Origin: Clostridiaceae bacterium
GTDB taxonomy: Bacteria; Bacillota; Clostridia; Monoglobales; Firm-18
Length of the DNA stretch: 29,248 nt
NCBI GenBank assembly: GCA_012511915.1
Contig: JAAZFB010000489.1
Coordinates: 1-29,248, forward strand
Direction of reading: 5' to 3'
Shown here: piece by piece, positions 17,468 through 27,301 of the stretch
Numbering within the stretch: the stretch's first letter is position 1
Layout of the letters: every line of letters begins with the position of its first letter
Made by a program: the position numbers and the translations under genes
The notes under the pieces: generated by a model
Database searches by the model: none
What the model saw: the letters and a program-made list of their open reading frames with translations, nothing else
Told to the model about the DNA's origin: nothing

Positions 17468-19879
17468 TTGAGGTACAATTTTAGAGAAACAGAAGAAAAG
17501 TGGCAATCGTTTTGGCAGGAAAACGAAACATTCAAAGCAGAGGATGACTTAACAAAACCTAAGTTTTACGGTTTAGTCGAGTTTCCTTACCCATCTGGGC
17601 AAGGGCTGCACGTTGGACACCCGCGCGGGTATACGGCTATAGATATTATTTCCAGGAAAAAACGTATGGAAGGATATAACGTATTGTTTCCTATGGGTTG
17701 GGATGCCTTTGGATTACCCACTGAAAACTATGCTATTGCTAATAAAATACACCCTGCAATTGTTACCGAAAAGAACATTGGGGTTTTTAAAAGACAGCTT
17801 AAAATGCTCGGTTTTTCTTTTGATTGGTCAAAAGAAATTAATACAACCGATCCAAGGTATTTTAAATGGACACAATGGATTTTTCTGAAATTGTTTGAGA
17901 AAGGGCTTGCGTATAAAACAACTATGCCAATAAACTTTTGCACAGGGTGCAAAGTCGGACTTGCAAATGAAGAAGTGGTTAGTGGTTTGTGCGAGCGTTG
18001 TGGCAGTGAAGTTGTGCAACGTGAAAAAAGTCAATGGATGCTTAAAATCACAGAGTATGCCGAGCGACTTATTGACGACCTTGACCCGCTTGATTATATA
18101 GAAAAAGTAAAGATTCAACAAAAAAACTGGATCGGGCGTTCAGAGGGTTTGCTTGTTGATTTTAAAATTAAAGATACCGATGATTCTATTACCGTTTTTA
18201 CTACCCGACCTGATACGCTGTTCGGTGCGACATATATGGTGCTGTCTCCTGAGCATAAGTTTGTTGAAGATTATAAAAACATGATAAAAAATTATGCAAA
18301 AGTTAAAGAATACAAAACTTTGACAGCAAAGAAAACCGAGTTTGAAAGGACAGAATTGTCAAAAGAAAAAACGGGTGTTGCACTTGAAGGGGTTTATGCA
18401 ATAAACCCGGTAAACGGCAAAGAAATACCTGTATGGATTTCCGATTATGTGCTTGTAACATACGGAACAGGCGCAATAATGGCGGTGCCGGCGCATGATG
18501 AAAGGGATTGGGAGTTTGCGACAAAGTTTAACCTGCCAATTATAGAAGTTGTTGCAAGTGATATTGACGTTACCAAGCAACCTAATTGTAGTGTGGATGA
18601 TGGCGTAATGGTTAACTCCGGGTTTATTACCGGAATGCAGGTTAAACAGGCAATAGAGGCAATGATAGAGGATCTCGAACAAAAAAATATCGGCAAAAGA
18701 AAAACAAATTACAAGCTTCGTGATTGGGTTTTTTCTCGTCAACGCTATTGGGGTGAACCTATTCCGATTGTGCATTGTGAAAAATGCGGTTATGTGGCAT
18801 TATCCGAAGATGAACTGCCTCTTTTGTTACCTGATACCGATAACTTTGAGCCGGGCGATGACGGGGAATCTCCTTTGGCGAAGCAAATAGATTGGGTTAA
18901 CACAACTTGCCCGAAATGCAAAGGCGCTGCACAGCGCGAAACTGATACAATGCCCCAATGGGCGGGCTCGTCGTGGTATTTTTTAAGATATATAGACCCG
19001 AATAATGACAGTTGTATTGCCGATACAGAAAAACTTAAATACTGGCTGCCGGTTGATTGGTATAACGGAGGTATGGAACATACCACATTGCATATGCTGT
19101 ATTCGCGCTTTTGGCACAAGTTTTTATTCGATATAGGTACGGTGCCTACAAAAGAGCCGTATCAAAAGCGTACTTCCCATGGTATGATTTTAGGCGAAAA
19201 CGGCGAAAAAATGAGCAAATCACGTAATAATGTCATAAATCCGGACGATGTTGTACATGAGTTCGGGGCGGATACTTTCAGAACATACGAAATGTTTATC
19301 GGTGCTTTTGATCAAGCAACACCATGGTCAATGCAGGGTGTTAAAGGCTGCTATAACTTTTTAGAACGCGTATGGCGGCTTGGAAATATTCTATCACAAG
19401 ATTATGAATATTCATCCGCATTGGAAAGCACTGTTCATAAAACCATTAAAAAGGTAACCGAAGACATTGACAGGATGAAATTTAATACTGCCATTGCTAC
19501 ACTTATGAGTTTTATAAACGAAGTTATGCGTATTGGCTCTATTACAAAACGCGAGTTAAAAACCTTTTTAATTTTATTAAATCCGTTTGCACCTCACATA
19601 ACTGAAGAACTTTGGCAGTCCTCAGGCTTTGACGGCTATTTGCATCAAAGTGAGTGGCCGGTGTATGATGCCGCAAAAACGTTAGATGATGAAATAGAAA
19701 TAGCAATTCAAGTAAACGGTAAGGTGCGGGACAAAATTATTATTAATGCCGATGCGGACAACGATAGCATTAAAGAACAGGCCCTTGCGTGTCAAAAGGT
19801 CAATGAGTTTATAGGTGATAAACAAATCGTTAAGGTTGTTGTAATCCCTAAACGGCTTGTTAATATAGTTGCAAAATAG
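17468..19879 (+). CDS. leuS: Leucyl-tRNA synthetase
   Basis: [50 protein letters not shown] and KMSKS motifs; TTG start. Confidence 0.98.
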   Translation: MRYNFRETEEKWQSFWQENETFKAEDDLTKPKFYGLVEFPYPSGQGLHVGHPRGYTAIDIISRKKRMEGYNVLFPMGWDAFGLPTENYAIANKIHPAIVTEKNIGVFKRQLKMLGFSFDWSKEINTTDPRYFKWTQWIFLKLFEKGLAYKTTMPINFCTGCKVGLANEEVVSGLCERCGSEVVQREKSQWMLKITEYAERLIDDLDPLDYIEKVKIQQKNWIGRSEGLLVDFKIKDTDDSITVFTTRPDTLFGATYMVLSPEHKFVEDYKNMIKNYAKVKEYKTLTAKKTEFERTELSKEKTGVALEGVYAINPVNGKEIPVWISDYVLVTYGTGAIMAVPAHDERDWEFATKFNLPIIEVVASDIDVTKQPNCSVDDGVMVNSGFITGMQVKQAIEAMIEDLEQKNIGKRKTNYKLRDWVFSRQRYWGEPIPIVHCEKCGYVALSEDELPLLLPDTDNFEPGDDGESPLAKQIDWVNTTCPKCKGAAQRETDTMPQWAGSSWYFLRYIDPNNDSCIADTEKLKYWLPVDWYNGGMEHTTLHMLYSRFWHKFLFDIGTVPTKEPYQKRTSHGMILGENGEKMSKSRNNVINPDDVVHEFGADTFRTYEMFIGAFDQATPWSMQGVKGCYNFLERVWRLGNILSQDYEYSSALESTVHKTIKKVTEDIDRMKFNTAIATLMSFINEVMRIGSITKRELKTFLILLNPFAPHITEELWQSSGFDGYLHQSEWPVYDAAKTLDDEIEIAIQVNGKVRDKIIINADADNDSIKEQALACQKVNEFIGDKQIVKVVVIPKRLVNIVAK

Positions 19880-19928
19880 GTCATTTTAAATTTCAGGATA
19901 TGAGTTTTTATAAGGGGGAGACAACAAT

Positions 19929-21479
19929 ATGGCACAGGTGCAACAAGTTACACTTTATGCATTAATACTGTTTTCGGCGTTAATGGTTTTTATTGGCGTG
20001 TCAGCATTTAAAAAAACCACCACGTTAGAAGGATATTTGCTTGGAGGGCGTAGAATAGGTCCGTGGGTTAGTGCCTTTGCATATGGTACAGCTTATTTTT
20101 CAGCTGTTATTTTTATCGGGTATGCCGGTCAAATCGGTTGGAAAGCCGGGTTCGCTTCAATGTGGATAGGTATCGGCAATGCGTTGTTGGGTAGCCTCGC
20201 TGCATGGCTTATACTTGCAAAAAGGACACGTCGCATGACACAAGTTCTTGGCTCAAAGACAATGCCGGAATTTTTTCAAGAACGATTTGACAGCGTTCAC
20301 ATGAAAGTTTACTCTGCCGCAATAATATTTATTTTTTTAGTACCTTATTCTGCTGCAGTATATAAGGGTTTAGGGTCGCTTTTTGTAACAATATTCCCGA
20401 CAGCGAATATTAATGTATGCTTGGCGATTGTAGCAATATTAACTGCTATCTATGTAGCTTTTGGCGGCTATTTTGCTACCGTATACACCAACTTTTTTCA
20501 AGGCATTATAATGATTGTCGGTGTTGTTATTATGGTTATTTACATTGTAGCAAACCCGGCCGTATCCGGTATTGCAAATGGCATGGCAGAAGTGAACCGT
20601 CTTGGGATTTTGGCGGGGAATAATGATTTAACAAGTTTTTTTGGCGGCAGTAATTTTAAGTTTTTGGCATTTAACATAATGCTGACAAGCTTCGGAACAT
20701 GGGGGATGCCCCAAATGATTACCAAATATTATTCTATAAAAGATGAAAAAAGCATCACCCAAGGTGCCGTCATCTCTACTGCTTTTGCTTTGATAATAGG
20801 CGTGGGTGCGTATTTTATAGGCTCACTTGGCAGAATATTTGTACCTGTTGAAAACGGCTTACCCCAGGGTGGCTATGATATGGTTGTCCCGAAGATCTTG
20901 GTACAAACACTTGGGCTTGACGGCAAAATATTATCAACTGTCGTGCTCGCGATATTTATGTTGCTTCTGCTTTCGGCATCAATGTCGACGCTTGCTTCAA
21001 TAGTACTAACATCTAGCAGTGCAGTATCAGTTGACCTTATACCGTCTGTTTATGACAAGTTTAAAGAAAAATATATGATATTTGCAATGAGAATATTCTC
21101 AATTATTTTTGTTGGATTGTCATTTTTATTTGCTACAACGAAAATAACTTTTATCGTTAATTTAATGTCCTTTTCTTGGGGTGTTGTTTCAGGTTGTTTT
21201 ATCGGGCCTTTAATTTGGGGACTGTATTATAAAAAAACCACCAAAACAGGAGCGTGGGCAGGTCTGATAAGTGGGGTTACAGTTGTTGGTATTTTGACGG
21301 CAGTACATACACTTACATCAAACAGCTTCGCTTTTGCTATGAGTATGTCACCGGAATCGGGTGTTGCGGCAATGGCAGTTTCTATGGTCGTAGTGCCTGT
21401 TGTCAGCTTGTTTACTAAGGATGTGCCGGTGGAGAATACAAAAAAAGCTTTCGCGGTTATGGAGGTGCAAGAGGGATAA
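19929..21479 (+). CDS. Sodium:solute symporter (SSS) family transporter
   Basis: About 13 hydrophobic segments, YLLGGRRIGPW, TMPEFFQERF and LLLSASMSTLAS. TAATG overlap with the next gene. Confidence 0.88.
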   Translation: MAQVQQVTLYALILFSALMVFIGVSAFKKTTTLEGYLLGGRRIGPWVSAFAYGTAYFSAVIFIGYAGQIGWKAGFASMWIGIGNALLGSLAAWLILAKRTRRMTQVLGSKTMPEFFQERFDSVHMKVYSAAIIFIFLVPYSAAVYKGLGSLFVTIFPTANINVCLAIVAILTAIYVAFGGYFATVYTNFFQGIIMIVGVVIMVIYIVANPAVSGIANGMAEVNRLGILAGNNDLTSFFGGSNFKFLAFNIMLTSFGTWGMPQMITKYYSIKDEKSITQGAVISTAFALIIGVGAYFIGSLGRIFVPVENGLPQGGYDMVVPKILVQTLGLDGKILSTVVLAIFMLLLLSASMSTLASIVLTSSSAVSVDLIPSVYDKFKEKYMIFAMRIFSIIFVGLSFLFATTKITFIVNLMSFSWGVVSGCFIGPLIWGLYYKKTTKTGAWAGLISGVTVVGILTAVHTLTSNSFAFAMSMSPESGVAAMAVSMVVVPVVSLFTKDVPVENTKKAFAVMEVQEG

Positions 21480-22789
21480 TGTGGAACGAACAAATTGAGA
21501 CAATGTCGCGCGATGATATGCGCACATTGCAACTTGCCAGGCTAAAGCAAACATTAGAAAGAGTGTATAAAAATGTGCCGTTTTATAAAAAACGATTGGA
21601 CGATGTCGGCATTGTTCCTGATAAAGTAAATTCGCTTGAAGATTTACAGCATATACCGTTTACAGTAAAAGATGATTTAAGGGATAATTATCCGTTTGGT
21701 CTTTTTGCAGTGCCTATGAAAGAAATTGTACGAATACATGCCTCGAGCGGTACCACAGGTAAACCGACTACGGTTGGATACACCCGTGCAGACTTGGACA
21801 TGTGGAGTGAGTGTGTTGCCAGAATAGCGACGATGGCAGGGGCAAGCGAAAATGATATTGCACAGATTGCGTTTGGATATGGACTGTTTACCGGGGCGTT
21901 CGGCTTGCATTATGGTCTTGAAAAGATAGGCGCGGCAATCATCCCAATGTCGAGTGGAAATACCGAAAAGCAGGCAATGATAATGCAAGACTATGGCAGT
22001 ACTATTTTGGTAAGTACACCATCTTATGCGCTTTATATGTCTGAGGTAATGCAAGAGCAAGGGATAAAAAAGTCTGATATAAAGCTAAAAATCGGATTGT
22101 TCGGTGCGGAAGGCTCTACAGAGGAAATGAGGAGCCAACTTGAAAACCGGTTCGGCATAATTGCAACAGAAAATTACGGTATGAGTGAGCTTATTGGTCC
22201 CGGTGTTTCGGGAGAGTGTATTCATAAAACAGGTATGCATATTAACGAGGATTATTTTATTCCGGAAATAATCGATTCCCAGACCGGAAAAGTTTTGCCC
22301 TATGGGCAAAAGGGTGAACTTGTTATTACCACCATTTCAAAGCAGGGCATACCACTTCTAAGATATCGCACAAAAGATATAACATATCTGATACCCGAAA
22401 AATGCAAATGCGGCAGAACTACAATTCGCATGGCTAAGATTCAGGGCCGTAGTGATGATATGCTGATTATTAGGGGTGTAAATGTATTCCCTTCACAGGT
22501 TGAAAGTGTATTGTTGGGAATGCCGCATATCAGCCCGCATTATCAGCTTGAAGTCAGCAGGGTGGGTTATTTGGACAATTTAAAAGTGATTGTTGAGCTT
22601 GAGGACGAAAGCTTGTTGGAATCATTTTCGCAATTGGAGCAGCTTGAAAAAAACATCAAGCAAAAACTGCATATTGTACTTGGGCTTGATGCAAAAGTTC
22701 ATCTTGCCGAGCCTAAGACAATAGAGCGCTCCCTTGGCAAAGCAAAACGTGTAATAGATTTGCGAAATAATTCTACAAGTACACTGTAA
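21479..22789 (+). CDS. paaK: Phenylacetate-CoA ligase family protein (paralogue 1)
   Basis: [36 protein letters not shown] and [18 protein letters not shown] motifs. Confidence 0.9.
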   Translation: MWNEQIETMSRDDMRTLQLARLKQTLERVYKNVPFYKKRLDDVGIVPDKVNSLEDLQHIPFTVKDDLRDNYPFGLFAVPMKEIVRIHASSGTTGKPTTVGYTRADLDMWSECVARIATMAGASENDIAQIAFGYGLFTGAFGLHYGLEKIGAAIIPMSSGNTEKQAMIMQDYGSTILVSTPSYALYMSEVMQEQGIKKSDIKLKIGLFGAEGSTEEMRSQLENRFGIIATENYGMSELIGPGVSGECIHKTGMHINEDYFIPEIIDSQTGKVLPYGQKGELVITTISKQGIPLLRYRTKDITYLIPEKCKCGRTTIRMAKIQGRSDDMLIIRGVNVFPSQVESVLLGMPHISPHYQLEVSRVGYLDNLKVIVELEDESLLESFSQLEQLEKNIKQKLHIVLGLDAKVHLAEPKTIERSLGKAKRVIDLRNNSTSTL

Positions 22790-22810
22790 ACACTAAAATT
22801 ATAATATAAT

Positions 22811-22905
22811 GGCGAGGATATTTTTTGCAAGACAAGGCGGAGGATTGAGGCATACTGTATGTATACCGATTGACGACAACGCAGTATTACAGAAAATAGA
22901 CCGCC
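22811..22905 (+). repeat. Inner palindromic module A (CAAGGC...ACAACGC type)
   Basis: Arms GGCGAGGATATTTTTTGCAAGAC / GTATTACAGAAAATAGACCGCC, with an inner ATAC-TGTAT-GTAT hairpin. Confidence 0.65.
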
Positions 22906-22915
22906 AGTATACATG

Positions 22916-23077
22916 ATACTAAATTCAATCAAATATTGCGCAATCTTTCCGGCTGATTTTCCACTGAGCATTGTTATGGAACCGTTTTGAATGCAAAAAG
23001 CATTCAAAAGAACCCATGCCTTGCTCAGCAAAAAATCATCTTGCAAATATAACACTATATTTGATTGAATTTAGTAT
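22916..23077 (-). mobile_element. Inner MITE-like module B with perfect 21-bp TIR
   Basis: ATACTAAATTCAATCAAATAT (22916-22936) is the exact reverse complement of 23057-23077. Nested stems at 22954-22970/23022-23038 and TTTTGAATGC-AAAAA-GCATTCAAAA (22985-23009). Confidence 0.8.
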
Positions 23078-23116
23078 GAGATTTAGTGTTGACAGTGTAC
23101 TAGTCCAAAATAGAAA

Positions 23117-23154
23117 TAATACGATTTCTTATTAAAATACGAGGATTAGTATTA
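23117..23154. repeat. Mini palindrome of the TAATACTAATCCTC family
   Basis: The right arm GAGGATTAGTATTA is the exact reverse complement of 1214-1227. The left arm TAATACGATTTCTT matches at 10/14. Confidence 0.6.
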
Positions 23155-23180
23155 ATAGTACAGAAAGGTTGTATGCGTAA

Positions 23181-24923
23181 ATGAAAAAACTTATGCTTGG
23201 TAATGCAGCTGTTGCAAGGGGAGCTTATGAGGCGGGGGTAAGTGTTGTATCATCATATCCCGGAACACCCAGCACAGAAATAACACAGGAAATAGCCAAG
23301 TTTGATGAAATAGATTCAGAATGGGCACCGAATGAAAAGGTTGCTTTGGAAGTTGCAATAGGCGCCTCATTTGCAGGCGCAAGGGCTATGTCATGTATGA
23401 AGCATGTGGGACTTAATGTAGCTGCAGATCCGCTTTTTACAGTTTCCTACACAGGAGTAAGCGGAGGTCTGGTCATTTGTGTTGCCGATGACCAAGGCAT
23501 ACACAGCAGTCAGAATGAACAGGACAGTCGGCTTATGGCTATTGCGTCAAAGGTCCCGATGCTCGAACCGGCCGATAGTGCAGAATGTAAGCATTATGTA
23601 AAGACTGCTTTTGAGCTCAGTGAAAAATACGATACGCCGATATTAATTCGTTTGTCCACAAGGGTATCCCATTCACAAAGTCTTGTACAATTAAGCGAGA
23701 GGCAAGATATCAGTTTAAGAGAATATGCTAAAGATACTGCAAAACGTGTTATGATGCCGGCAATGGCAATATCACGTCATAAATATGTCGAACGACGGCT
23801 TGACGATATGAGGGATTTTGCAGAGCAATGCGAGTTTAACACAATCGAGAAAAAAAGTAAAAAAATCGGTGTAATAACAGCCGGAATTGCATATCAATAT
23901 GCTAAAGAAGCATTTCCTGAGGCATCATTTTTAAAACTCGGCTTAATAAATCCTCTGCCGGAAAAATTAATTAAGGATTTTGCATCGCAAGTTGAGCAGC
24001 TTTATGTTATAGAAGAACTGGAGCCGGTAATTGAAAATCACTGTAAAGCGATTGGACTTAACATACATGGGAAAGACATTTTACCAAGGACTGGTGAATA
24101 TAATTCCGGTATGATTAGGAAAGCGGTTTTTGGCGAACAAATCGAAACACACAATATCGAGGAAGATATACCCGGCAGACCGCCGGTTATGTGTGTCGGC
24201 TGTCCGCATAGAGGTGTATTTTATCTGTTGAAAAAGCTGCGTTTTATTGTTAGCGGCGATATCGGTTGTTATACGCTAGGGGCGTTGGCACCGCTTAACA
24301 GTATGGATTTATGCGTTTGTATGGGTGCGAGTATAGGTATGGCGCATGGCATTGAAAAGGCAAGAGGAGATAGTTTTCGGAAAAAGACTGTTGCGGTTAT
24401 AGGCGATTCGACCTTCATTCATAGCGGCATCACCGGACTTATAGATATAGTATATAACAAAGGCAACAGCACAGTTATTATTCTTGACAATTCGATAACT
24501 GCAATGACGGGCCATCAGGATAATCCGGCTACAGGCTATACTATTAAATCAGAACCTACAAAATCGTTGGATTTGGTTGGGCTTTGTAAAGCTATAGGGG
24601 TTAATAGAGTTACGATTGCCGACCCGTTCGACCTTTCGGGATTTGAAAAGATTTTAAAAGAAGAAACACAAGCCGATGAGCCCTCTGTTATTATTGCACG
24701 GCGACCATGCGCTTTGTTAAAAGGTGTCCGCTACCCGGGTGCTCTCAGAATAAATGAAAACTGCGTAACCTGTAAGAGCTGTTTAGGGTTGGGTTGCCCT
24801 GCCATTTCGGTTAAAGACAGTAAGGTAACCATAGATGCCACTCAATGTGTTGGTTGCGGGCTTTGCCTTAAAGTATGCAAATTCAATGCAATCGGAGGTA
24901 TAAAAGATGAATCAATCAACTAA
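23181..24923 (+). CDS. iorA: Indolepyruvate:ferredoxin oxidoreductase alpha subunit
   Basis: SSYPGTPSTEI, MKHVGLNVAAD, HSSQNEQDSR, MCVGCPHR, SGDIGCYTLG, GDSTFIHSG, TAMTGHQ and two C-terminal CxxCxxC [4Fe-4S] motifs. Confidence 0.95.
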   Translation: MKKLMLGNAAVARGAYEAGVSVVSSYPGTPSTEITQEIAKFDEIDSEWAPNEKVALEVAIGASFAGARAMSCMKHVGLNVAADPLFTVSYTGVSGGLVICVADDQGIHSSQNEQDSRLMAIASKVPMLEPADSAECKHYVKTAFELSEKYDTPILIRLSTRVSHSQSLVQLSERQDISLREYAKDTAKRVMMPAMAISRHKYVERRLDDMRDFAEQCEFNTIEKKSKKIGVITAGIAYQYAKEAFPEASFLKLGLINPLPEKLIKDFASQVEQLYVIEELEPVIENHCKAIGLNIHGKDILPRTGEYNSGMIRKAVFGEQIETHNIEEDIPGRPPVMCVGCPHRGVFYLLKKLRFIVSGDIGCYTLGALAPLNSMDLCVCMGASIGMAHGIEKARGDSFRKKTVAVIGDSTFIHSGITGLIDIVYNKGNSTVIILDNSITAMTGHQDNPATGYTIKSEPTKSLDLVGLCKAIGVNRVTIADPFDLSGFEKILKEETQADEPSVIIARRPCALLKGVRYPGALRINENCVTCKSCLGLGCPAISVKDSKVTIDATQCVGCGLCLKVCKFNAIGGIKDESIN

Positions 24924-25491
24924 TATAATGATTGTAGGCGTTGGCGGGCAAGGAACGCTGCTTGCAAGCAGAATACTTGGCAATGTTGCAATAAACAGCG
25001 GTTATGATGTTAAAGTGTCCGAGGTACACGGTATGTCCCAACGAGGCGGGAGTGTTGTTACATACGTAAAATACGGTAAAGAGGTATTTTCACCTGTTAT
25101 TTCCGAGGGAGAAGCGGATATAATCTTAGCATTCGAACAGCTTGAAGCATACAGATATTTTAAATTTCTTAAAAATAACGGCGTAATGTTAGTAAATATT
25201 CAAAAAATAGACCCAATGCCGGTTATTACAGGTGCCGCGAGGTACCCGGATGAAATTATAAATAAATTAAAAAACACCGGTGCGGATATAACGGAAGTGG
25301 ATGCACTCCAAGCGGCAAACAAGGCGGGGAATGCAAAGACAGCAAATGTTGTGTTAATAGGACTCTTGGCAAGCAAGACAAATATACCAAAAGGTGTTTG
25401 GGAAAATGCGATACAGCAGACAGTGCCACAAAATTTCTTGGATGTAAACAAAAAAGCGTTTGAAATTGGGTATAATGGAGGGGTAGAGTAG
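24907..25491 (+). CDS. iorB: Indolepyruvate:ferredoxin oxidoreductase beta subunit
   Basis: [11 protein letters not shown] and [13 protein letters not shown] motifs; overlaps iorA. Confidence 0.95.
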   Translation: MNQSTNIMIVGVGGQGTLLASRILGNVAINSGYDVKVSEVHGMSQRGGSVVTYVKYGKEVFSPVISEGEADIILAFEQLEAYRYFKFLKNNGVMLVNIQKIDPMPVITGAARYPDEIINKLKNTGADITEVDALQAANKAGNAKTANVVLIGLLASKTNIPKGVWENAIQQTVPQNFLDVNKKAFEIGYNGGVE

Positions 25492-25492
25492 T

Positions 25493-26800
25493 GTGAAAGG
25501 TTTTTGGGATCAAAAGAGCGAATGTATGTCGCGTGAGCAAATACATGATTTACAGTCAAAAAAACTTGCAAAGCTGATTAAACGAGTGTATACCAATGTG
25601 CCTTATTACAGGGATAAAATGCAAGAAAAAGGTGTGCTCCCGGAGGATATAAAAACAATGGAGGACATTGAAAAACTCCCCTTTACAACAAAGCAGGACT
25701 TGCGCGAAACGTATCCTTTTGGCATGTTTGCAACGCCTATGGAGGAAATAGTAAGAGTGCATGCCTCCAGCGGAACGACAGGTAAACAAACTGTTGTAGG
25801 CTATACACAAAACGATATTGCCACATGGTCAGAACTTATGGCAAGGTGTTTTACAATGGCGGGGGCAGATCGCTCGTCTATTTTTCAGGTTTCTTACGGA
25901 TATGGGCTTTTTACAGGCGGTTTAGGTGCGCATTACGGTGCAGAGCGAATTGGTGCTGCAACAGTGCCTACCTCGTCCGGCAATACCCAGCGTCAAATTA
26001 ACATTATGAAGGATTTCGGCGTTACTGTTTTGTGCTGCACCCCATCATATGCTTTGTATTTAGCTGAGGCAATAGAGGAGGCAGGACTTTCACTTGACGA
26101 TTTTAAATTGACTGCAGGCATTTTCGGGGCGGAGCCTTGGACGGAAAATATGCGTGGAGAAATTGAGAAAAACTTGAGAATTAAGGCGTTTGATATATAT
26201 GGGCTAAGCGAAGTTATGGGACCCGGTGTGTCAATGGATTGCCAGTATAAAAACGGACTGCATATTTGGGAAGACCATTTCTATCCCGAAATTATTAATA
26301 GCCAAACTTGTGAAGTTTTGCCGGCAAATACGGATGGTGAACTGGTTTTTACTACTCTGACAAAAGAGGGCTTCCCACTTATCAGATATAGAACAAGAGA
26401 TGTCTCATCGATAAGTTATGAAAAATGTGCATGTGGCAGAACTATGGCACGAATGTCAAAACCAAGCGGAAGAACAGATGATATGCTTATCATTCGGGGT
26501 GTAAATGTGTTCCCGTCACAAATTGAAAGTGTATTGCTTGATGTGGGCGAAACTTCGCCGCATTATATGATAATAGTTGACAGGGTAGGTACGCTTGATA
26601 CGCTTGAAGTGCAAGTCGAGCTTACTGCGGATATGCTCTCTGATGAGGTGAAAAAACTTGAGGACACCGAAAATAAAATAAGAAAAGGCATAGAGACCAC
26701 TCTTGGATTGTCGGCAAAAATTACATTAGTTGAATCAAAAACAATAATGCGAAGTGAGGGCAAAGCAAAAAGAGTTATAGATAAACGAAAATTTAAATAA
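25493..26800 (+). CDS. paaK: Phenylacetate-CoA ligase family protein (paralogue 2)
   Basis: [30 protein letters not shown] and [18 protein letters not shown] motifs; GTG start. Confidence 0.9.
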   Translation: MKGFWDQKSECMSREQIHDLQSKKLAKLIKRVYTNVPYYRDKMQEKGVLPEDIKTMEDIEKLPFTTKQDLRETYPFGMFATPMEEIVRVHASSGTTGKQTVVGYTQNDIATWSELMARCFTMAGADRSSIFQVSYGYGLFTGGLGAHYGAERIGAATVPTSSGNTQRQINIMKDFGVTVLCCTPSYALYLAEAIEEAGLSLDDFKLTAGIFGAEPWTENMRGEIEKNLRIKAFDIYGLSEVMGPGVSMDCQYKNGLHIWEDHFYPEIINSQTCEVLPANTDGELVFTTLTKEGFPLIRYRTRDVSSISYEKCACGRTMARMSKPSGRTDDMLIIRGVNVFPSQIESVLLDVGETSPHYMIIVDRVGTLDTLEVQVELTADMLSDEVKKLEDTENKIRKGIETTLGLSAKITLVESKTIMRSEGKAKRVIDKRKFK

Positions 26801-26815
26801 GGAGGAGACCACGTC

Positions 26816-27250
26816 GTGCTATTAAAACAAATTTCGATTTTTATAGAAAATAAGTCGGGCAGATTGGCGGAAATTACAAAACTATTTGGGGAAAAAGGTG
26901 TTAACATCCTTGCTTTGTCGATTGCGGATACAACAGATTTCGGGATTTTACGTCTTATAGTATCAGATTCAGACAAGGCGGAAAAAGCGGTCAAAGAAAG
27001 CGGACTTACCGCAAAAATTACCGATGTAATCGGTATTTCAATTTCTCATGTGCCTGGCGGGCTTGCCACTGCACTCAGTGTTTTGCATGAAAAAGGTATA
27101 AGCATTGAATATATGTATGCTTTTGCGACAAGGTCGGAGGAAAATGCAATGGTTATCCTTAAAGTGGAGGATAATTATTCCGCAATAAAGCATCTGACGG
27201 ACGCGGGTATAAAAATCCTTGACAAAGAAGATATTTCATTACTTTTTTAG
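26816..27250 (+). CDS. Tandem ACT-domain protein
   Basis: QISIFIENKSGRLAEI...NILALSIADTTDFGILRLIV and a second repeat PGGLA.ALSVL...ISIEYMYAF. SD AGGAGGAG. Confidence 0.9.
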   Translation: MLLKQISIFIENKSGRLAEITKLFGEKGVNILALSIADTTDFGILRLIVSDSDKAEKAVKESGLTAKITDVIGISISHVPGGLATALSVLHEKGISIEYMYAFATRSEENAMVILKVEDNYSAIKHLTDAGIKILDKEDISLLF

Positions 27251-27301
27251 TTTGAGTTGATGCGTTGCGTTATCCGTTATGTGAAAGGAGTAGATTAATA
27301 A

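Larger units (their letters stand above)
22778..23101. mobile_element. Composite non-autonomous element (MITE-like), outer unit
   Basis: TIRs AGTACACTGTAAACACTAAA (22778-22797) and TTTAGTGTTGACAGTGTACT (23082-23101) match at 19/20. The element encloses two further palindromic units and no credible ORF. Confidence 0.7.

Noticed and set aside
22811-23045. 6S RNA-like long hairpin
   Set aside because: The pairing is explained by two related repeat modules in opposite orientation inside a TIR-bounded element. No 6S-type central bubble was recognised.
22699-23055. 118-aa minus-strand ORF
   Set aside because: It is a translation of the palindromic element plus antisense paaK1, with no transposase motifs.
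23199-23222. IorA GNAAVARG instead of the common GNEAIARG
   Set aside because: This position varies among 2-oxoacid:ferredoxin oxidoreductases, and all other motifs are intact.
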